Source of the DNA: Bacteroidota bacterium
GTDB lineage: Bacteria > Chlamydiota > Chlamydiia > Chlamydiales > FEN-1388
DNA length: 64,000 nucleotides
Assembly: GCA_013285825.1 (NCBI GenBank)
Contig: JABDGV010000002.1
Coordinates: 36,581 to 100,580 of the forward strand
Direction: 5' to 3'
Positions 60,200-64,000 of the stretch are shown one piece after another. The notes under the pieces are model-generated. The model was not told the DNA's origin. It worked only from the letters and a program-made list of their open reading frames with translations, and did not search any database. Within the stretch, counting starts at the first letter, position 1; every line of letters starts with the position of its first letter. The position numbers and the translations under genes were made by a program.

Positions 60200-60770
60200 A
60201 TCGAAACTCTCGAAGACAGGTGCTTCCCGATCTTCGAGCATTCTCAAGTTTGAGGTGGGTAAGCTCGAGCGTGTCGATTTCGCTTTTCAGGCTATCTTCG
60301 ACAAAAACTCTGCAGTTATTCGCTAAGATATTGGCTTCATCTAAAGCAATCAGTGTCTCAACGACAAGTTTCATGTTCTGGGGAGTCGTTTGCGAGTAGG
60401 GAGGATCAGACAGACAGAGTGTAAAGCGCGGAGCCCCCTTTTCCACCCGTTTTTTGAGAAATTCGATACCCCTTCGAGCATCTAAAACGAGAACTTCCGC
60501 ATCTGCATGCCATTCAGAAATAACCTGAGAAATAAGCTCTGCCTGCCTTCGGTCTTTTTCTATAAAGGTGCAGCTTTTAGCTCCGCGGCTTATCGCTTCA
60601 AATCCCAAAGAGCCAGATCCTGCAAATATATCGAGAACTATAGCTTCTTCAACTTCTCCTTGGCAGATATTAAATATCTGTGCGCGTACCTTCTCTTGTG
60701 TCGGCCGTGTTTCACTGCTTTTAGGTGAGGGAAGCCTATAGCCTTTATGAATGCCTGAAATGATCTTCAT
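60168..60770 (-). CDS. rsmD: 16S rRNA m2G966 methyltransferase RsmD
   Basis: MKIISG, RPT, LDIFAGSGSLGFEAISRGA and DPPY motifs. Confidence 0.94.
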   Translation of the reverse strand: MKIISGIHKGYRLPSPKSSETRPTQEKVRAQIFNICQGEVEEAIVLDIFAGSGSLGFEAISRGAKSCTFIEKDRRQAELISQVISEWHADAEVLVLDARRGIEFLKKRVEKGAPRFTLCLSDPPYSQTTPQNMKLVVETLIALDEANILANNCRVFVEDSLKSEIDTLELTHLKLENARRSGSTCLREFRFIETPQSPLP

Positions 60771-61750
60771 CTCAAACATTCCTTGTAGGCATACAAAACT
60801 TCCTCTGCTTGCATTGGAGAGAGCTCTTTTAATCGTAAATATGCTTCAAGACCTGTTTTAGGCTGCTTCAATTCAAACGCTAAAAGGCCTGATCGGACAA
60901 GTGCTTGAACATCATCCGGATCAAGCTTCAAGACTTTTTGCCACGCGTTGAGCTCCTCAATTGGCATGCTGAGCTCTTTGTAGCTTAAGGCAAGCTGCTC
61001 GAATACCCAGACTGTATCTTCAGCGAATTGAGAAACAATCGTCAGCTCTTGAACGGCAAGGTTTGCGTATTGACGATGCTTTTCTTCTACTTCTTGGGTG
61101 TGCTTCGGGAGTGGAAGCTGTACATAGAAGCCATAGCGATTTCTTTGGCGAGAAGCTTCCAAAAAGAGTTGTGAGAGAGCTACAAAGCAGTTGGCAAGTT
61201 CTGCATGAGCCTTTGTATCTAGAGGATTTGTTTCAATAATCTCTATTCGAGCGCGGGCAGAAGCTATTTGCAGAGCCTCTACAATATCGAGTTTTTTCTT
61301 CCAGAAGAAGAAATAAAAGACTTTTTCTAATATGTAGAGACAAGGATTAAGCCATTGGAGATAGGAAGGGAGTGAAAAAAATGAGTTCTGAGGCAGTTTG
61401 AACATCTGCGCTTCTTCAAATAAAAATTGCGCTTTCTTTTCTGCGCCCGCCTGTTTTGGGATATGAGTAGAGATTGAGTCCGTGATGGTTTCCATCCACT
61501 CGCTTTCATACCAGATATGGACCACATATGCGCCCACGAGGGAGAAGAAGAAGATAGAGGTGAGAAGCCCGAGGTTTAAGGTGGAGGTGTGGGAAAGAGC
61601 GCCAATCAATACCAGGAAGAAAAGAGTTACGGAAATGAGCGCGAGGGAAGATTGCAGCCAGATCCGCTTATTGAGAATGTCGAGTAGGCTTTGCCGAAGA
61701 GGCGTACTGCTTTTCGGCTGGTCTATTATTTCACTGAATGCAATTTGCAT
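60767..61750 (-). CDS. Membrane protein with two N-terminal TM helices and C-terminal TPR
   Basis: Bilobed hydrophobic N-terminus; TPR-like repeats; ATGA overlap with rsmD. Confidence 0.75.
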   Translation of the reverse strand: MQIAFSEIIDQPKSSTPLRQSLLDILNKRIWLQSSLALISVTLFFLVLIGALSHTSTLNLGLLTSIFFFSLVGAYVVHIWYESEWMETITDSISTHIPKQAGAEKKAQFLFEEAQMFKLPQNSFFSLPSYLQWLNPCLYILEKVFYFFFWKKKLDIVEALQIASARARIEIIETNPLDTKAHAELANCFVALSQLFLEASRQRNRYGFYVQLPLPKHTQEVEEKHRQYANLAVQELTIVSQFAEDTVWVFEQLALSYKELSMPIEELNAWQKVLKLDPDDVQALVRSGLLAFELKQPKTGLEAYLRLKELSPMQAEEVLYAYKECLR

Positions 61751-61823
61751 AAAAAATAGTATTTTGTATGTGAACGGTAAGCAAAGCAGAGAATCTCTTT
61801 ACCTTCAACTTCAGAATTATTAT

Positions 61824-62303
61824 TTATGCCGAAGGTATTGTTTCAACTCTAAAATAGGTGAATTGGGCTTGAAGAGTTGTGTGATTTCCTACGGGACAGG
61901 TGACACTGTAGGTATTTGTTGTAGGTTCTAAATTATAGGTAAATAGAGGGGTTACGAAGGTGGTACTTGTGAGGTTAAATGATACTTGGCCTAAAATTAT
62001 TGGCGATATAACGACACCAACTTGGTACATACCTTCAAATGGGTTTTCGATAGTAAATGTGAATGTTTCTGTGGATAGAGTTACAGTGGCCGTAGATTGT
62101 GTATAGACTTGCCCTGTTGGGGAAATTACAAAAGGAGTGACTTTAGTAGAGCCTGCTGCAGTGACTGCTAAATTTACAGTTGCCGTTGCTCCCATATCTT
62201 GCTCAAATAAGCCAAAGAGGGGGTGAGTATGGATTAGGGATAGTAGGGCAAAGAGTGCTAGGAGAGAGATATGAGACTTTTGCAAATGGCCTCGCAAACT
62301 CAT
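61824..62303 (-). CDS. Hypothetical secreted Thr-rich beta protein
   Basis: Signal-like N-terminus; 159-aa ORF. Confidence 0.6.
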   Translation of the reverse strand: MSLRGHLQKSHISLLALFALLSLIHTHPLFGLFEQDMGATATVNLAVTAAGSTKVTPFVISPTGQVYTQSTATVTLSTETFTFTIENPFEGMYQVGVVISPIILGQVSFNLTSTTFVTPLFTYNLEPTTNTYSVTCPVGNHTTLQAQFTYFRVETIPSA

Positions 62304-62376
62304 TCAACTTATATTTAAAAAATATATTTGATATCTATTTAAACAAATAAACTATAATTAAATTAATTTCTATTTT

Positions 62377-63309
62377 TTAAGGAGCTGGTGGCGAAGCTTC
62401 GATGGGATGGGCGACATCTTTGAGCTCTTCTCGGTAAAACATCAAGAGTCCAATAAAGACAACGGATAAGGAGAGGAAAAAGACGCCCGTGACCTCTTCT
62501 CTTAAGAATAGCCAGCCGAAAAGAGCGGTAAAGAGGGGCGTCGATAGCCCAGCAAAGGACATAAACGTTGCAGAAAAGCGTTTCAAAAGGTAGCCATAGA
62601 GGTTATAGGCTAAGATATTGGAAATGATAATCAAGAGGAGTGTGCATTGTAGGAAAGCAGGTATATTTGTAACAGGAATCGGATTCCATGATTCAAATAG
62701 ATAAGAGTGGATAAGGGCTAAGAATCCACCAATAAGCATTGACCATCCATTTGCGACGAGCGGATCAGTCTTATGTGTATGCACCAGCTCTTTCAGAACA
62801 ATCCATCCCCAGACAGATGTTACGACAGCGCCGATTATTGCAAGTTCCGGCCATGAAAAGACCCAAAGCTCACCAACGGCTTTCTCAACAGATGTGCTGG
62901 TTAAGAGCATGGGGAAAAATCCTACAAATCCTATAACCAAACCCATAAGCTTGTTGCCTGTCAGTTTTTCTCCCCAAGTTAAGTAGGCAATTAAGGCGGA
63001 GAGAAAGGGAGAGAGCGAGTAGAGAAAGCAGGTTTTGAATGAGGTAAGATACTGAAGGCCCCACAGCTCTAAAACATTAGTAAGATAGATATTGGCAATG
63101 GCAAGAACAGTGATTTCAAAGAGGCCATTTCCTTTTTGCAGTGTCGATAAGATAGGCTTTTTTCGGTAAAGGGAGATGCCGAGGAGGAGAAATCCTGCGA
63201 GCAGCATGCGAGATCCAACTAAAAAAAAGGGAGAGGCGAAAAGGAGCGCCTCTTTTTGAATGGTAAAAACCGACGCAAATAAACCAAAAAGTACAAATAC
63301 TAGTATCAC
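62377..63309 (-). CDS. DMT/EamA-family transporter
   Basis: About 10 TM helices in two EamA-like halves. Confidence 0.88.
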   Translation of the reverse strand: MILVFVLFGLFASVFTIQKEALLFASPFFLVGSRMLLAGFLLLGISLYRKKPILSTLQKGNGLFEITVLAIANIYLTNVLELWGLQYLTSFKTCFLYSLSPFLSALIAYLTWGEKLTGNKLMGLVIGFVGFFPMLLTSTSVEKAVGELWVFSWPELAIIGAVVTSVWGWIVLKELVHTHKTDPLVANGWSMLIGGFLALIHSYLFESWNPIPVTNIPAFLQCTLLLIIISNILAYNLYGYLLKRFSATFMSFAGLSTPLFTALFGWLFLREEVTGVFFLSLSVVFIGLLMFYREELKDVAHPIEASPPAP

Positions 63310-63402
63310 TGTCTTCGAATCATTTTAACATGTAAATACTATACCGAAGATCACCTTTCGTGATATACATAATACAACAAATTGATTACGGCGTGAGCTT
63401 CC

Positions 63403-64000
63403 ATGCAAAAACCGAAGATTGTTTTAATTGAAGATGAAGAAGATATTGCAGCTCTGATCAAGCTTCAGGCTGAGATATCAGGCTACAAACTCTCAGTCGC
63501 TGTTGATGGTTTAAATGGCTACGAACTGATACAGAAAGAAATCCCAGACTTAGTCCTTTTAGACATTATGCTCCCTGGACAAAGCGGCCTTGATGTATGC
63601 AGAAAAATTAAGACAAACCCAGATCTTCGGCATATCCCGATCATCATGCTTTCTGCAAAGAGCGAAGAGACCGATGTGGTTTTAGGTCTTGAGCTTGGCG
63701 CTGACGACTACGTTACTAAACCATTTTCTCCTCGAGTTCTTTTCTCCAGAATAAAAGCAGTAATGAGACGACATAGCGAAGGTGAAAAGCCAATGCATAC
63801 GGTTGCCTTTGGCGATTTTTCCATCGAATTTGAAAAATATATTGTGAAGAAGAAAGAGAAGCTTCTTCAACTTACTCTGTCTGAATTTGGCATCTTGCGC
63901 CGACTTGTTACCAATCGCGGCAAGGTTTTAACTCGTAATCAACTCCTCGATGATCTTCAAAGCGATGATGCTTTCGTCGTTGATCGAAACATCGATGTGC
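63403..64000 (+). CDS. OmpR/PhoB-family response regulator (3' truncated; absent from the ORF track)
   Basis: Manual translation MQKPKIVLIEDEEDI...LLDIMLPG...MLSAK...GADDYVTKPFS...LTLSEF...VLTRNQLL...DRNIDV. Confidence 0.93.
   Translation, partial: MQKPKIVLIEDEEDIAALIKLQAEISGYKLSVAVDGLNGYELIQKEIPDLVLLDIMLPGQSGLDVCRKIKTNPDLRHIPIIMLSAKSEETDVVLGLELGADDYVTKPFSPRVLFSRIKAVMRRHSEGEKPMHTVAFGDFSIEFEKYIVKKKEKLLQLTLSEFGILRRLVTNRGKVLTRNQLLDDLQSDDAFVVDRNIDV

Noticed and set aside
63682-63870. 62-aa minus-strand ORF
   Set aside because: Antisense to the response regulator starting at 63403

Overview
Chromosomal segment of an environmental Chlamydiae (Chlamydiota) bacterium, inferred from the chlamydial-type sctJ-[K]-L-R-S-T operon, the long chlamydial PBP2 and gene order. 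Core content: type III secretion export genes (interrupted by a kinase-like gene), sufBCDS, pbp2/mrdA, tRNA-Gly(TCC), topA, parB, a Bat-like vWA/TPR/BatD/BatE cluster, glgC, rsmD, transporters and a partial OmpR-family regulator. Two accessory features stand out. (1) A 22-kb array of 13 secreted YVTN beta-propeller genes (plus one orphan copy) lies between pbp2 and sufB. It has two gene classes, a shared ~95-aa FN3-like C-terminal domain, GXT collagen stalks of graded length and a promoter-like motif repeated seven times. (2) A ~560-nt densely structured minus-strand region upstream of topA has UUCG/GNRA loops, strand-diagnostic G-U pairs, an 11-nt loop-loop complementarity and a terminator; I could not match it to tmRNA, RNase P or a group II intron. 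Several families of palindromic REP/MITE-like elements occupy intergenic spaces. All calls are by eye; no database searches or folding programs were run.
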